Positions 31,294 through 41,954 are shown, counted from the stretch's first letter. The stretch is DNA of 64,000 nucleotides from Terriglobia bacterium (GCA_965206645.1 CBDBKE010000003.1:64001-128000), one strand, 5' to 3'. Notes: generated by a model from the sequence alone, not told the origin. Numbers and translations: made by a program.

Positions 31294-32448
31294 TTAGGGG
31301 CCCTTAGCCCGTTGCCTGCTCGGGCCTATGGTTCTGTGGCCACTGAAGGACGGCGGCCTTGGTGGCCGAGATGTCGCCCGGGGCCGAGATGTCGCCCGGG
31401 GCCGAGATACCGCCGGGGGGGCAGCCTGGGTGGTCCGACCTCCCCTGGAGGACCATCCCCTAGGGTAGGAAGGGTTCTTACGCACAGATTTCGGGCCTTT
31501 GGTCCATTGCTTGCTCGGGCCTATGGTTTTGCGGCCACCGAAGGACGGCGGCCTTGGTGACCAAGATGTCGCTGGTGGCCGAGATGTCGGTGGTGGCCGA
31601 GGTATCGCCGGGGGGCCAGCCTGGGTGGTCCGACCTCCCTCGGAGGGCCGCACCTCAGGGTGGGAAGGGTTCCGACGCCCATAGTTCGGACGAGGGCAAC
31701 GGTAGACGTAACCAAAGGGCGATCGGATTGGGTAGCCGTACGGCAGGAAGGTGTAGTAGCCCAAGCCGGAATGGAAGAACCACTGGCTGGACCAGAAGGA
31801 GGAGCGTTGATTTCGGAAACTATTGACCGCGGCATAGGAGGCGGTGGCCAATTCCGAGGACCGGACCCGATTCCAATGGTCAAACTCATCCAGGTCCTTC
31901 CGGTTGTACTTGACTGCCCCGCTGGCAGTTCCTGCCGCGGCCAACTCCACGAACCTCCCCCCCTTGAGGGGACCCTTCTTCCCGGGCACTTGCAACTTGC
32001 CTTTTTCGACATGGACGCGCAAGGAGTCCCGAGCAGCTTCAAAGCGGTATAGCCCGGTGCGCTTGATGGGAATCGTGTGTTCCCGCCATAGCATCACAAT
32101 GGAAGTTCCCTTCCGAGTTTCGTTCACTTCCAGCATGGCGGTGCCCGAAACCAGCTCGACGCGAACGTCTGTGAGCCGCGAGGAGAGCAGCCGGACTGTG
32201 GAGTGGCGGTCCAGGCGCAGAAAACTGCCCGGAGTCAGAAGCAGTTCCAGGCGTCCCCGCCAGGTTGTTACGGTCTGGCCTTCGGCGATTTGCCGCTCGA
32301 CCTTCCCGTCCGGGCTGCTGGGCAGCGTCACCGCGCCCTGCCAGTAATTCACGTAACCGGCACGCGCCGAGATGACGTGTTGCGCAGCCACGGGCGCTGG
32401 GCCAGTGAACCATCCCAAAAGAACCAATGCAAAGACTAGCCTTCTCAT
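31294..32448 (-). CDS. Secreted FecR-domain protein with duplicated Pro/Arg-rich tail
   Basis: Signal peptide, ISARAGYVNY, GRLELLLTPGSFLRL, DEFDHWNRVRS. Confidence 0.75.
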   Translation of the reverse strand: MRRLVFALVLLGWFTGPAPVAAQHVISARAGYVNYWQGAVTLPSSPDGKVERQIAEGQTVTTWRGRLELLLTPGSFLRLDRHSTVRLLSSRLTDVRVELVSGTAMLEVNETRKGTSIVMLWREHTIPIKRTGLYRFEAARDSLRVHVEKGKLQVPGKKGPLKGGRFVELAAAGTASGAVKYNRKDLDEFDHWNRVRSSELATASYAAVNSFRNQRSSFWSSQWFFHSGLGYYTFLPYGYPIRSPFGYVYRCPRPNYGRRNPSHPEVRPSEGGRTTQAGPPAIPRPPPTSRPPATSWSPRPPSFGGRKTIGPSKQWTKGPKSVRKNPSYPRGWSSRGGRTTQAAPPAVSRPRATSRPRATSRPPRPPSFSGHRTIGPSRQRAKGP

Positions 32449-32625
32449 TGCACCCCCCTTTGGGTCTTCGCCTCTGCTAGCTGTTAGACGTGCACCACCC
32501 CGCCGGGGTTGCCTCATCACTTGCGTCATCACCAAGACAACTGAAGCCATCCGGCCTTGTGAATCGGAGTATCATTCTCCAAAGGGGAGAATCAGCTGCC
32601 CTACCGTTTGCCGTAGGAGTCCTAG

Positions 32626-34437
32626 ATGACGAAAGCCAAAACTGGCTGGCTGCTGCTGGGAATCTTGTGTGTTGTCTATTTCCTCGTATTCCGCGATACA
32701 GGTTGGGATAAGTACAACGCAGCCGGAGAGAAGGCTTACCAGCAAGGTCAGTATGACCTGCCTGGCGATTTCCGGACCAGCTGAAGCCTGAGAGAATGGC
32801 GCCCTCGGAGAAACGAGGGAGCCATGAAGAAGACCCGGTTTACCGAAGAGCAGATGGTGACGATCCTCCGCGAGGCCGATCAGCGGCCCGTTCCGGAGGT
32901 GGCCAAAAAGAACGGCGTCAGCGCCCAGACGCTCTACGCCTGGCGGAAACACTTCGGCACGTTGGAGCCCGCCGATGTGAAGCGGCTGCGGCAGCTCGAG
33001 CAGGAGAACGGCCGGCTGAAAAAGATGGTGGCCGATCGAGATCTGGAGATCGACGTGCTCAAGGAGATCACCCGAAAAAAATGGTAGGCGCACGCGTGCG
33101 CCGGCCGCAGGTCGCGTATGCACGTGCACGCGGTCTGTCGGGTCGCCGCGCGTGCGCCTTGCTCTCCGTCGCACGGTCCACGCTGGGCTACCAGTCGCGG
33201 CTGGTCGACCGGGATGCCCCGGCGCTGGCCGCGATGCGTCGTCTGGCGGCGCAGTATCCGCGGTACGGCTATCGCCGGATTCGGATTTTCCTAAAACGCG
33301 AAGGGCACACGATGAGCACGGACCGGACCCATCGCCTCTGGCGCCAGGCGGGGTTGCAGGTGCCTCGGCGGCGGCCGCGGCGCCGGGTCGCCCTGAGCCG
33401 GCCCCGCCCGGTGCCCGCCACTGCGGTCAATCACGTCTGGGCGTACGACTTCGTGTTCGACACCTGCGCGAATGGGCAGACGCTCAAGTGCCTCACCGTC
33501 GTCGACGAATGGACCCGCGAGTCACTCGCGATCGACGTGGCCGGCGGCATTCGGTCCGGGCGCGTTATCGAGGTGCTCACGCAGCTCGTGAGCGTCCACG
33601 GAGCCCCACGTTACCTCCGGTCCGACAACGGCCCCGAGTTTGTCGCGGGTGCGATTCTCCGGTGGCTGCTCCAGGCGCAGATCGAAACCGCGCTCATCGA
33701 GCCGGGCAAGCCGTGGCAGAATGCGACCGACGAATCGTTCAACGGGAAGTTCCGCGACGAGTATCTGAGCCTGCAGTGGTTTCGGAACCGCGTGGACGCG
33801 AAGGTGGGGATCGAGCAATGGCGACGGCACTACAACGACGTGCGACCGCACTCGAGCCTTGGCTATCTGACGCCAGCCGAGTTCAAAGCGCAGCTCCGTG
33901 CTGGCTCGGATGACGGTGGGCGCTCGCCGGCGATGCCGGCTCACGCTGACCAAGAAGAACACGAGAGCGACTTAACCATGCCGACTGGCGCTGTTCTCCA
34001 GTAATCGGTGGTCCGAAGAAAGCCGGCAGGTCAAGTACGCTGAGGCCCAGACACAGTGGATGTCCGCGCTCAAGGAGGCAGGAAAGTTCGGCCAGGAAGA
34101 CCCCCGCCTGGCCGCAAGCCTGAACAACCTGGCGGTGCTCCGCCAGGCTCAGGCAAAAGCGGGAGGAGGCGTCAGCTCCCCCCAGTTGATTCGCCGTGTC
34201 GAGCCCAAATACACCAAGGAAGCCAGAACAGCCCGCGTGGAGGGCACTGCAATTCTGTACTGCGTCGTGGACACAATTGGCCAGGTCCGAAACATTAGAG
34301 TAATTCGACCTTTGGGAATGGGGCTGGACGATAGGGCGGTAGAGGCAGTCCGGCAGTGGAGATGCAAGCCGGGACTCCAGAAGGGCAAACCAGTGGCGGT
34401 GAAGGCTGCGGTTGAAGTTACGTTTCGAATTCGTTGA
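32626..34437 (+). pseudogene. TM-TPR-TonB C-terminal fusion gene interrupted by IS3
   Basis: AGGAG RBS and ATG at 32626. Removing the IS and one AGTA joins AYQQGQ-Y-AEAQTQW in frame to LAASLNNLA and the TonB-C domain PKYTKEAR...GLDDRAVEAVRQW. Confidence 0.85.
32754..34033 (+). mobile_element. IS3-family element copy 2; orfA 32824-33087, orfB to 34004
   Basis: Near-identical to 1469-2748. 4-bp TSD AGTA (32750-53 and 34034-37). A7 frameshift site at 33075-81. Confidence 0.97.
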
Positions 34438-34591
34438 GAAGGCCTGGGGAACGGAGCAGCCAAACGTGGCGACGACCCTAGGGAACCTTGCTGCTTTGCT
34501 ACGGAAAACGAACCGGGAGGCTGAGGCAGCCAAACTGGAGGCCCGCGCCCAGGCCATCCGCGCCAAGCACGCCCAAAAGAACCCCCAGTAA
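34433..34591 (+). pseudogene. Orphan C-terminus of a kinesin-light-chain-like TPR protein
   Basis: VEKAWGTEQPNVATTLGNLAALLRKTNREAEAAKLEARAQAIRAKH, with no start codon of its own. Confidence 0.65.
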
Positions 34592-34697
34592 GTGATTGCG
34601 GTGCTTGCGGGAATACCAACTGCCAACACAAAGCCACAAAGGTACAAGCCCGCACGCAATCTGGACACTCGCAGACTTGCCAGCATAAGCTTGGGCC

Positions 34698-34940
34698 ATG
34701 CATAAATGCCCCCATTGCGGCGAGCCTGGAATATCAACGATCAGAAAGTTGTGCCTGGGACCTGGGATGCCAGCAATCTGCAAAAACTGTCGGAAGAAAG
34801 TTGGCGTGCCATGGCGAACTATGTGGTTTATGGTTCCGTTCTTGGTTCTCTATCTCCTAGGACAAGCTGGGTTGGCTTTCGTCTGTTTCTTGCTGGCGTG
34901 CTACATCCACCTGAAGTGGATTCCCTTGATCCGAAAGTGA
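34698..34940 (+). CDS. Small Zn-ribbon membrane protein
   Basis: CPHC...CKNC plus two hydrophobic segments. Confidence 0.65.
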   Translation: MHKCPHCGEPGISTIRKLCLGPGMPAICKNCRKKVGVPWRTMWFMVPFLVLYLLGQAGLAFVCFLLACYIHLKWIPLIRK

Positions 34941-35295
34941 GAGCAACACAGATTCAGGACACTACCAGTAGCGCTCCCCCGGGACTGCGCATGGCTATTC
35001 CCTTCCGGGAAACGATTGGCCAAGGGCACAGCCTGCGGGGTCGCATGTCTTCTGCTTCCGGCGAATCTATCGGGACTGAAGCTGCTCCCGGTGTTGGGCA
35101 CTCGCCACTGAGGATTTCGGGAAATGGAGTTCGGCCACCTTGCCGGTCTTGCCGGTTTTTGACAGGCACTGGCGACGCGCGCTAGGCTCAGGTTGGCGGA
35201 AACAGCAATGGGCTCTTCTGTCCTCAGCGTGGCCACTTCCCAGTTGGGGGCATGGGCTATGGTTTACAATAGGGCAAGCCGCTGCCGGTGTTTGG

Positions 35296-36189
35296 ATGGA
35301 CTTCGATCAGCTACGTATCTTTCTGGAAATTGTCCGGCTGGGCAGCTTCTCGCGCGCCGCCGAGAGCTGTTTCCGCTCGCAGCCGGCGGTGAGCGCGCAG
35401 ATCCGCCAGATGGAGGAGGAACTGGGCACCAAGCTGTTCGACCGCGTCGCCAGCCGCGTGCAGCTTACCGCTGCCGGGAAGCGCTTCAGCGAATACGCGC
35501 GCGACATGCTCGAGCTGCGGCGGCGCGCCTCGCAGGAAATGGCCGAGATGAATACGGTGCCCCGCGGCGAGCTGGTGATCGGCGCCAACGAGGCCACCTG
35601 CCTGTACATCCTGCCGGGGGTCTTCGCCGAGTTCAAGAAAACGTATCCGGAGGTGCAGATCAGCATCTTCCGCACGCACGGGGCAGCGGTGGTGCAGCGA
35701 GTGCTGGAAAACGCGCTGGATTTCGGAATCGCGCAGCTACCGCTGCAGGACCGGCGTTTGGAACGAGTCTCGATCCACACCGATGAGCTTTGCCTGGTGC
35801 TTCCCCCATCTCATCCGCTGGCGCGCTCCGGGCCGGTCGAACCGGAGGCGCTGGCGCCTTTCCCCCTACTGCTGCCCAAGAGCGGCCGCACCCGTTCGCT
35901 GCTCGATGAATACCTGTTCCCGGTGCGCGAGCGGATGCTGATTTCCATGGAGTTGGAATCCAGCGAGATGATCAAACGCTTTGTGCAGGCCGGCTTGGGA
36001 ATCTCCTTCATTGCCCGAACCTACGCCCAGGCCGACGCGCGCGCCGGAAGCCTGAAGCTGGTGAGCCTTCGCGGCCGTCCCAGCATCCAGCTCGGCTTGA
36101 TCTACCGGAAGGACAAGCCGCTGTCGCGCGCCGCCCTGGCCTTCATTGAGGTAGCCACCCACCACACGGCCGCCAAAGCCCGCGCCTAG
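35296..36189 (+). CDS. LysR-family transcriptional regulator
   Basis: MDFDQLRIF...SFSRAAE..FRSQPAVSAQI HTH plus substrate-binding domain. Confidence 0.93.
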   Translation: MDFDQLRIFLEIVRLGSFSRAAESCFRSQPAVSAQIRQMEEELGTKLFDRVASRVQLTAAGKRFSEYARDMLELRRRASQEMAEMNTVPRGELVIGANEATCLYILPGVFAEFKKTYPEVQISIFRTHGAAVVQRVLENALDFGIAQLPLQDRRLERVSIHTDELCLVLPPSHPLARSGPVEPEALAPFPLLLPKSGRTRSLLDEYLFPVRERMLISMELESSEMIKRFVQAGLGISFIARTYAQADARAGSLKLVSLRGRPSIQLGLIYRKDKPLSRAALAFIEVATHHTAAKARA

Positions 36190-36402
36190 CACCGGCCCCT
36201 CCAACTCTGCAGCTTCTCGAACAAGGCAGCGGTGCCGGCGAGTACGCTCCATTCGCTTGCTGGTTTGGAACTTTCACTGAGTTCGTAGAACGGTTCCGCA
36301 CGGAAATTTGCAGGTGGAGCGGGGTCTTGCTGTAGTATAATTTGCGTCCTTAGCTAGAGAAATTACAGCGCCGGGGGCAGTTCCAACTAGGTCGAAACGG
36401 GC

Positions 36403-37365
36403 ATGAAGAAAGTTCTCCTGCTGCGCCCACGCGGCTTTTGCGCCGGGGTGGTTCGCGCCATTGACATTGTCAACATTGCACTGGACGCTTTCGGACCGCC
36501 CATTTACGTTCGCAAGGAAATCGTCCATAACCGATACGTGGTGGAGGAGCTCTCAGCCCGTGGAGCCATCTTTGTGGACTGCTGCCTGGAGGTGCCTTCT
36601 GGCGGCCGCATTATCTTTAGCGCGCACGGGGTATCTCCTCAAGTTAGGCAGGAGGCGCGAGACCGCCAGTTGCAGGTGATTGACGCCACCTGCCCGCTGG
36701 TGACCAAGGTGCATCTGGAGGCGGTGAAGTTCGCACGCAGGGGCTACACCATCCTGCTGATTGGCCACAGGGATCACGACGAGGTCGCCGGCACGCTGGG
36801 AGAGGCTCCGGGCCGGACGATCTTGATCAGCTCCGATCAAGACGCCGAGAACGTCCGCGTGCCTGACCCGGAACGCGTTGTCTACCTGACGCAGACCACA
36901 CTGAGCCTCGATGAGACCACCGGGATGATCCAGCGCCTGCGACGCCGGTTTCCGGCCATCCAGGGACCGCCGGCGCAAGATATCTGCTACGCGACTGAAA
37001 ACCGGCAGCACGCCGTCAAGGTGATCGCGAGACGGTGCGACCTGTTGCTGGTAGTCGGCTCGCAGAACAGCTCCAATTCCAATCGCCTGGTCGAAGTGGC
37101 CGCCAACGCGAAGCTGCCAGCTCACCTGATCGAAGATGAACAGTCTATTGACCCCCAGTGGTTGGAAGCAGCGGAAACCATTGGCGTCACCGCCGGCGCT
37201 TCGGCTCCCGAGCGCCTGGTTCAGCAGGTCATTCTGTCCCTGCGGAACTGCGGATTTTCTACCGTAGAGGAAGTGGAAGTCATAGAGGAGGATGTGCGCT
37301 TTGCCCTGCCTCCGGAGCTGATTGCTGTGGGCGAGAGGCAGACAGCCAAACCAGCCGGAGTATGA
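36403..37365 (+). CDS. ispH: 4-hydroxy-3-methylbut-2-enyl diphosphate reductase
   Basis: PRGFCAGV, IVHN, DATCPLV, ICYATENRQ, SSNS, TAGASAP. Confidence 0.97.
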   Translation: MKKVLLLRPRGFCAGVVRAIDIVNIALDAFGPPIYVRKEIVHNRYVVEELSARGAIFVDCCLEVPSGGRIIFSAHGVSPQVRQEARDRQLQVIDATCPLVTKVHLEAVKFARRGYTILLIGHRDHDEVAGTLGEAPGRTILISSDQDAENVRVPDPERVVYLTQTTLSLDETTGMIQRLRRRFPAIQGPPAQDICYATENRQHAVKVIARRCDLLLVVGSQNSSNSNRLVEVAANAKLPAHLIEDEQSIDPQWLEAAETIGVTAGASAPERLVQQVILSLRNCGFSTVEEVEVIEEDVRFALPPELIAVGERQTAKPAGV

Positions 37366-37533
37366 ATTCCATCAACCGCTGCCGCCGCCAGGACGGCAGC
37401 TTCGCTCTGGCCCCGCTTTGTGCACAGCTTGTGCGCAAACCGCAGGGTGTGGCGGAAATTCGGCAACTCTGGTACGCTTCGCGGATAGCTTCCCGGAGCT
37501 TGGGCGATTTTCTCAGGACACTGTTGGGAAGCA

Positions 37534-38619
37534 ATGGAACGTTTGCAGTCGGACGGCAAACTGCCTGAGCAGATGCAGGCTGCCGTCTATCGTGGGGAAG
37601 GACGTGTGCTTTTGGAGCAGGTGCCGCGCCCGAAGATCGGCCCCGGCGAGGTGTTGGTGCGCGTGGCCGTCTGCGGCGTTTGCAACACAGACATAAAGAA
37701 GATCACTGCCGACTTGCTGCCTCCGCCGCGCATCTTCGGACACGAGACCGCCGGCACCGTCGTAGCCGCGGGCACCGGTGTAGACCACCTTCGGGTCGGT
37801 GACCGCGTGGTGGTTTTTCATCACATCCCGTGCGGTGACTGCTTCTACTGCCGCAGGCGCCTTTATGCTCAATGCCCCACCTACAGAAAGGTGGGCGTCA
37901 CCGCCGGCTTTGAGCCCAGCGGCGGCGGCTTCGCCCAATACGTGCGGGTCATGGACTGGATTGCAACCCAGGGCACGGAGAAAATCCCGGACGGCGTCAG
38001 CTTCGAGGAAGCGTCATTCGTCGAGCCGATCAACACCTGCCTGAAGGCGCTGAAGACCGCCGGCCTCAGCGAGGGGGAGTGCGTGCTGATCCAGGGCCAG
38101 GGGCCGATCGGCGTGCTACTGCTTTTACTGGCGCGACGCCAGGGGGCCGAGGTGTTCGTCTCGGACCCGTTAGACGAGCGGTTGAAACGGGCCTCGGAAC
38201 TGGGAGCCGCGGCCATTTTCAATCCGCGGCGGCTGGAGGTGTCGGCGGCAGTGCTCCCCTTGACTGGAGGGCGGGGGGTGGACTTGGCAATTGTCGCTGC
38301 TCCCGCCCCCGATCTGCTGTCGGAGGCCCTGCGCGCGGTTCGGCCGGGTGGCCGCGTCTTGCTGTTCGCCCAGACAGCGCCAGCCGAGCAGGTGCCCGTG
38401 CCCACTGCCGCGATTTGCGTGGAAGAGAAACAGATTCTGGGCAGTTACAGCGCCGATTGGGATTTGCAAGCCGAGTCGGCGCGGCTGGTGTTTGAGCGGG
38501 AGCTATCGGTGCAGGAATTGATCACGCACCGTTTCTCGCTGTCGGAAATTGATTCCGCGATCCGGTTGGCGTCCGATCCCCAACCCGACTCGCTCAAGAT
38601 CGTCGTCAAATGCGTCTGA
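37534..38619 (+). CDS. Zn-dependent alcohol/polyol dehydrogenase
   Basis: CNTD, GHE, CGDCFYC, GQGPIG. Confidence 0.92.
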   Translation: MERLQSDGKLPEQMQAAVYRGEGRVLLEQVPRPKIGPGEVLVRVAVCGVCNTDIKKITADLLPPPRIFGHETAGTVVAAGTGVDHLRVGDRVVVFHHIPCGDCFYCRRRLYAQCPTYRKVGVTAGFEPSGGGFAQYVRVMDWIATQGTEKIPDGVSFEEASFVEPINTCLKALKTAGLSEGECVLIQGQGPIGVLLLLLARRQGAEVFVSDPLDERLKRASELGAAAIFNPRRLEVSAAVLPLTGGRGVDLAIVAAPAPDLLSEALRAVRPGGRVLLFAQTAPAEQVPVPTAAICVEEKQILGSYSADWDLQAESARLVFERELSVQELITHRFSLSEIDSAIRLASDPQPDSLKIVVKCV

Positions 38620-38632
38620 GGCAGCTACCACC

Positions 38633-39670
38633 GTGACGAAACGAATGATGGCCGCCATCCTGTACGGCAAGGAAAACCTCCGCATCGAGGAGGTAAACGT
38701 GCCGCGGATCGGCCCGGATGAAGTGCTGGTGAAGATTGAGACGGCACTCACCTGCGGGACCGATCTGAAAGTCTATCGTCAGGGCTACCACGCCCGTATG
38801 ATCGTGCCCCCGGCTATTTTCGGGCACGAATTAGCTGGGGTCGTCCAGGAAGTGGGCGAGCAGGTGGAACACTTCCGGGAAGGCATGCGGGTCGTCGCCG
38901 CGAATTCCGCCCCGTGCAACGACTGTCTGTATTGCGGCAAAGGCCTGGAAAACCTCTGCGAGCGGCTTCTGTTCAATAACGGCGCCTACGCCGAATTTAT
39001 CCGCATCCCCGCACCGATAGTACGGAAGAGCCTGCTGCGGATCCCGGACCACATCAGCTACCGGGATGCCGCGCTGCTGGAACCGCTGGCCTGCGTGTTG
39101 CGCGGCCTGGAGGAAACTGGGCTGCGGCAGGGCGATTCGCTGGCAATCATCGGCCTGGGGCCGATCGGGCTGATGTTCGTGCGGTTGGCCAAGCTGCGAG
39201 GCGCTTCCGTCGTAGCTGTGGGCAAGCGTCCCACCCAAAGGCAGGCCGCGCTGCGCATGGGAGCGGATGAGGTGATTGACGTCAGCCAGACCGACGATCC
39301 GGTGGGCGCCGTCCACCGCCTCCACTCCGAGGGCGTGGACGTGGCGATCGAGGCCGTAGGTAGCTCTCTCACCTGGCAGTGGGCTGCCGGCATGGTTCGT
39401 CGCGGGGGTACGGTGAACTTGTTTGGCGGTTGTCCCAGCGGCACCACCGTCGAGTTCGACACTTCGCTGCTCCACTACTCGGAAATCACCCTGCTCGCCA
39501 GCTTTCACCACACACCGTATTACATCCGGCGCGCCCTGGACTCCATTGCTGCCGGCGAGATTTGCGGCCAGGATCTGGTCACCGGCGAAGCGCCCCTGCA
39601 GGAGTTGCCCCGCGTTTTACGCCACATGATGAATCGCAACGGCGACCTGAAAACCGCCATTCTGCCCTAG
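38633..39670 (+). CDS. Zn-dependent alcohol/polyol dehydrogenase
   Basis: CGTD, GHE, CNDCLYC, GLGPIG; GTG start inferred. Confidence 0.92.
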   Translation: MTKRMMAAILYGKENLRIEEVNVPRIGPDEVLVKIETALTCGTDLKVYRQGYHARMIVPPAIFGHELAGVVQEVGEQVEHFREGMRVVAANSAPCNDCLYCGKGLENLCERLLFNNGAYAEFIRIPAPIVRKSLLRIPDHISYRDAALLEPLACVLRGLEETGLRQGDSLAIIGLGPIGLMFVRLAKLRGASVVAVGKRPTQRQAALRMGADEVIDVSQTDDPVGAVHRLHSEGVDVAIEAVGSSLTWQWAAGMVRRGGTVNLFGGCPSGTTVEFDTSLLHYSEITLLASFHHTPYYIRRALDSIAAGEICGQDLVTGEAPLQELPRVLRHMMNRNGDLKTAILP

Positions 39671-39763
39671 CTGAGCTGCCGAGTTCCGAATATCAGGCAG
39701 GTGCCAAGCACCGTTCTATAAGCCCGCAGGATGCTAGCAGGCTTGCCCAGATCAGCATTTTAA

Positions 39764-39997
39764 TTAATCCGAAAAGGTATAGACGGGTACTTGGACGGTC
39801 TTGAGCGCCGGAGGCGGCGTGGTCCGCAAATGATCCAGCTTCTTGCAGGTCTCTGCCTCGAAATAGGACTCACCACAGTTCCTACAGACCAAAGCCGGCA
39901 CATTCTCGACCAAGGCCAGAGTCTCGCCCCACCAATTTTCGGCCGTGACCCGGCGGGCCTCGATCTTGCCTCCACAAAAGTAACAACGCGTTAGCAT
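39764..39997 (-). CDS. YgiT-type zinc-finger (MqsA-like antitoxin N-domain) protein
   Basis: CYFCGG...VENVPALVCRNCGESYF. Confidence 0.85.
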   Translation of the reverse strand: MLTRCYFCGGKIEARRVTAENWWGETLALVENVPALVCRNCGESYFEAETCKKLDHLRTTPPPALKTVQVPVYTFSD

Positions 39998-40086
39998 GGG
40001 GGCTTCAGGTCTTTCGACTGCGCGTTGACTCATCGAGCCATTCTGGCACTTATCCTACCTCAGAGTCTTGCAGTACAATCGCTAGA

Positions 40087-41025
40087 GTGCAGCTTCCTTG
40101 GGAATGGGTGGATGCTCCACCGGCAATGACCGCAGAAGAGGCTCGCCGGTACTGCGCGCAACTGGCCCGCTCCCACTACGAGAACTTTAGCGTTGTCAGT
40201 TTCCTCCTCCCTGCCAAGCTGCACCAGGACTTCTACAATGTCTATTCCTATTGCCGTTGGGCCGACGACCTGGGCGATGAGATTGAGGATCCTGGCGAAT
40301 CCACCCGCCTGCTCGGGCTTTGGCGGCAGCAGCTAGACACTTGCTATACGGCCGGCGTGCCAACAGCAGGCCAGGAGAATGTAGAACCCCGTCACCCTGT
40401 CTTCCTGGCACTGGGCGACACCATCCGCCGCCACCAGATTCCCGCCGAGCCATTTCGCGATTTGATTGTCGCGTTTCTCCAGGACCAGCGTGTCAACCGC
40501 TATGCCACCTACGCCGAGTTGCTCGACTATTGCCAGTATTCCGCCAACCCGGTCGGCCGATTGGTGCTGTACGTTTGTGGCTACCGCGATCCGGAACGCC
40601 AGCGACTCTCCGACCTCACCTGCACCGCCCTGCAGCTTGCTAATTTCTGGCAGGACGTCCGCGTGGATCTGGAAAAAGGGCGGCTGTACATCCCGCTGGA
40701 CGACATGGCCCGCTTCGGGTGTTCCGAACAGCAACTGCTCGGGCATCAGTGCACGCCCGAATTCCGCAACTTGATGCGCTTTGAGGTAGAGCGGACGCGC
40801 GAGCTGTTTCGCGCCGGCCAGCCGCTGGCCGAGCAGGTTGATCGCCGACTCGCTACGGACATCGAATTGTTTACCCGTGGCGGGCTGGAGATCCTGTGGA
40901 TGATCGAGCAGCAGAACTACGACGTGTTGTCGCGGCGCCCGGAGCTCGGCCGAGGCCGCAAGCTGCGGCTCCTGGCTGGAACCGTATTGCGCCGGGTTTC
41001 CCATAGGACAAGAGGGCCGGCATGA
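40087..41025 (+). CDS. hpnC: Squalene synthase HpnC
   Basis: SHYENFSV, YCRWADDLGDE, SANPVGRLVL, LQLANFWQD. Confidence 0.95.
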   Translation: MQLPWEWVDAPPAMTAEEARRYCAQLARSHYENFSVVSFLLPAKLHQDFYNVYSYCRWADDLGDEIEDPGESTRLLGLWRQQLDTCYTAGVPTAGQENVEPRHPVFLALGDTIRRHQIPAEPFRDLIVAFLQDQRVNRYATYAELLDYCQYSANPVGRLVLYVCGYRDPERQRLSDLTCTALQLANFWQDVRVDLEKGRLYIPLDDMARFGCSEQQLLGHQCTPEFRNLMRFEVERTRELFRAGQPLAEQVDRRLATDIELFTRGGLEILWMIEQQNYDVLSRRPELGRGRKLRLLAGTVLRRVSHRTRGPA

Positions 41026-41954
41026 ACCTGCCCGGAGAAACACGGCCCTCACTGGCCTACTCCTACAGGTATTGCGCCCGCGTAGCCCGCCGGGAGGCGC
41101 GCAACTTCTATTACGCGTTCCTGGTGCTTCCGCACCAGAAGCGCCGCGCTTTCTGCGCCGTCTATGCCTTCCTCCGCCACAGCGATGACATCCCCGACAA
41201 CAACGATCCTCACCAAGACCTCGCGTCGCGCCGCGGCTTGCTGGAAGCCTGGCGGAAACGTCTGGAAGCGGCTCTGGAAGGCGACTACGGCGACAACCCC
41301 TTGCTGCCCGCCTGGCATGACACCGTACGCCGCTACCGCTTGCCGCCCCAGTACTTCTTCGAGCTGATCAAGGGTGCGGAGATGGACCTGGACGGTGTGC
41401 GCTTCCAGACCTTTTCAGAGCTGTACCAGTACTGCTACCGCGTGGCCGGAGTGGTAGGTTTGATTTGCCTGCACGTCTTCGGCTTTAAGACAGCAGACCG
41501 GAAGGAAGCCTGCCGGCTGGCCGAAGCCTGCGGCATCGGCTTCCAGTTGACCAACATCCTGCGCGACCTGCGCGAGGACGCGGCCCGCGGCCGCGTCTAC
41601 CTGCCTGAAGAAGACCTGGCGCGCTTCGGCTATTCCCGCCAGCAGCTGGGGGCCGGGGTGAACAGCGAGGCCTACTACCGTCTGATGCGTTTCGAAGCAG
41701 AGCGAGCCCGCCAGTACTACCGTCAGGCGGCGGCCCTATTGGAAATGATTTGCCTCGATTCCCGGCCCGCGCTGTGGGCCATGATGGCGCTCTACTCTGG
41801 CATCCTGCGACGCATGGAAACCTTGGGTTTCCCGATGCTCCAGCGGCGGGTCGAACTGAGCGCGATGGACAAGCTCGAAATCCTGGCGCGGGCCTCGTGG
41901 ATGCGCCTGAATCACGGGGGCAGGGGTCCGTTTCCGGCGCCGCTTCTGGGATGA
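41022..41954 (+). CDS. hpnD: Presqualene diphosphate synthase HpnD
   Basis: NFYYAF, YCYRVAGVVG, FQLTNILRD...GRVYLP. Confidence 0.92.
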   Translation: MNLPGETRPSLAYSYRYCARVARREARNFYYAFLVLPHQKRRAFCAVYAFLRHSDDIPDNNDPHQDLASRRGLLEAWRKRLEAALEGDYGDNPLLPAWHDTVRRYRLPPQYFFELIKGAEMDLDGVRFQTFSELYQYCYRVAGVVGLICLHVFGFKTADRKEACRLAEACGIGFQLTNILRDLREDAARGRVYLPEEDLARFGYSRQQLGAGVNSEAYYRLMRFEAERARQYYRQAAALLEMICLDSRPALWAMMALYSGILRRMETLGFPMLQRRVELSAMDKLEILARASWMRLNHGGRGPFPAPLLG

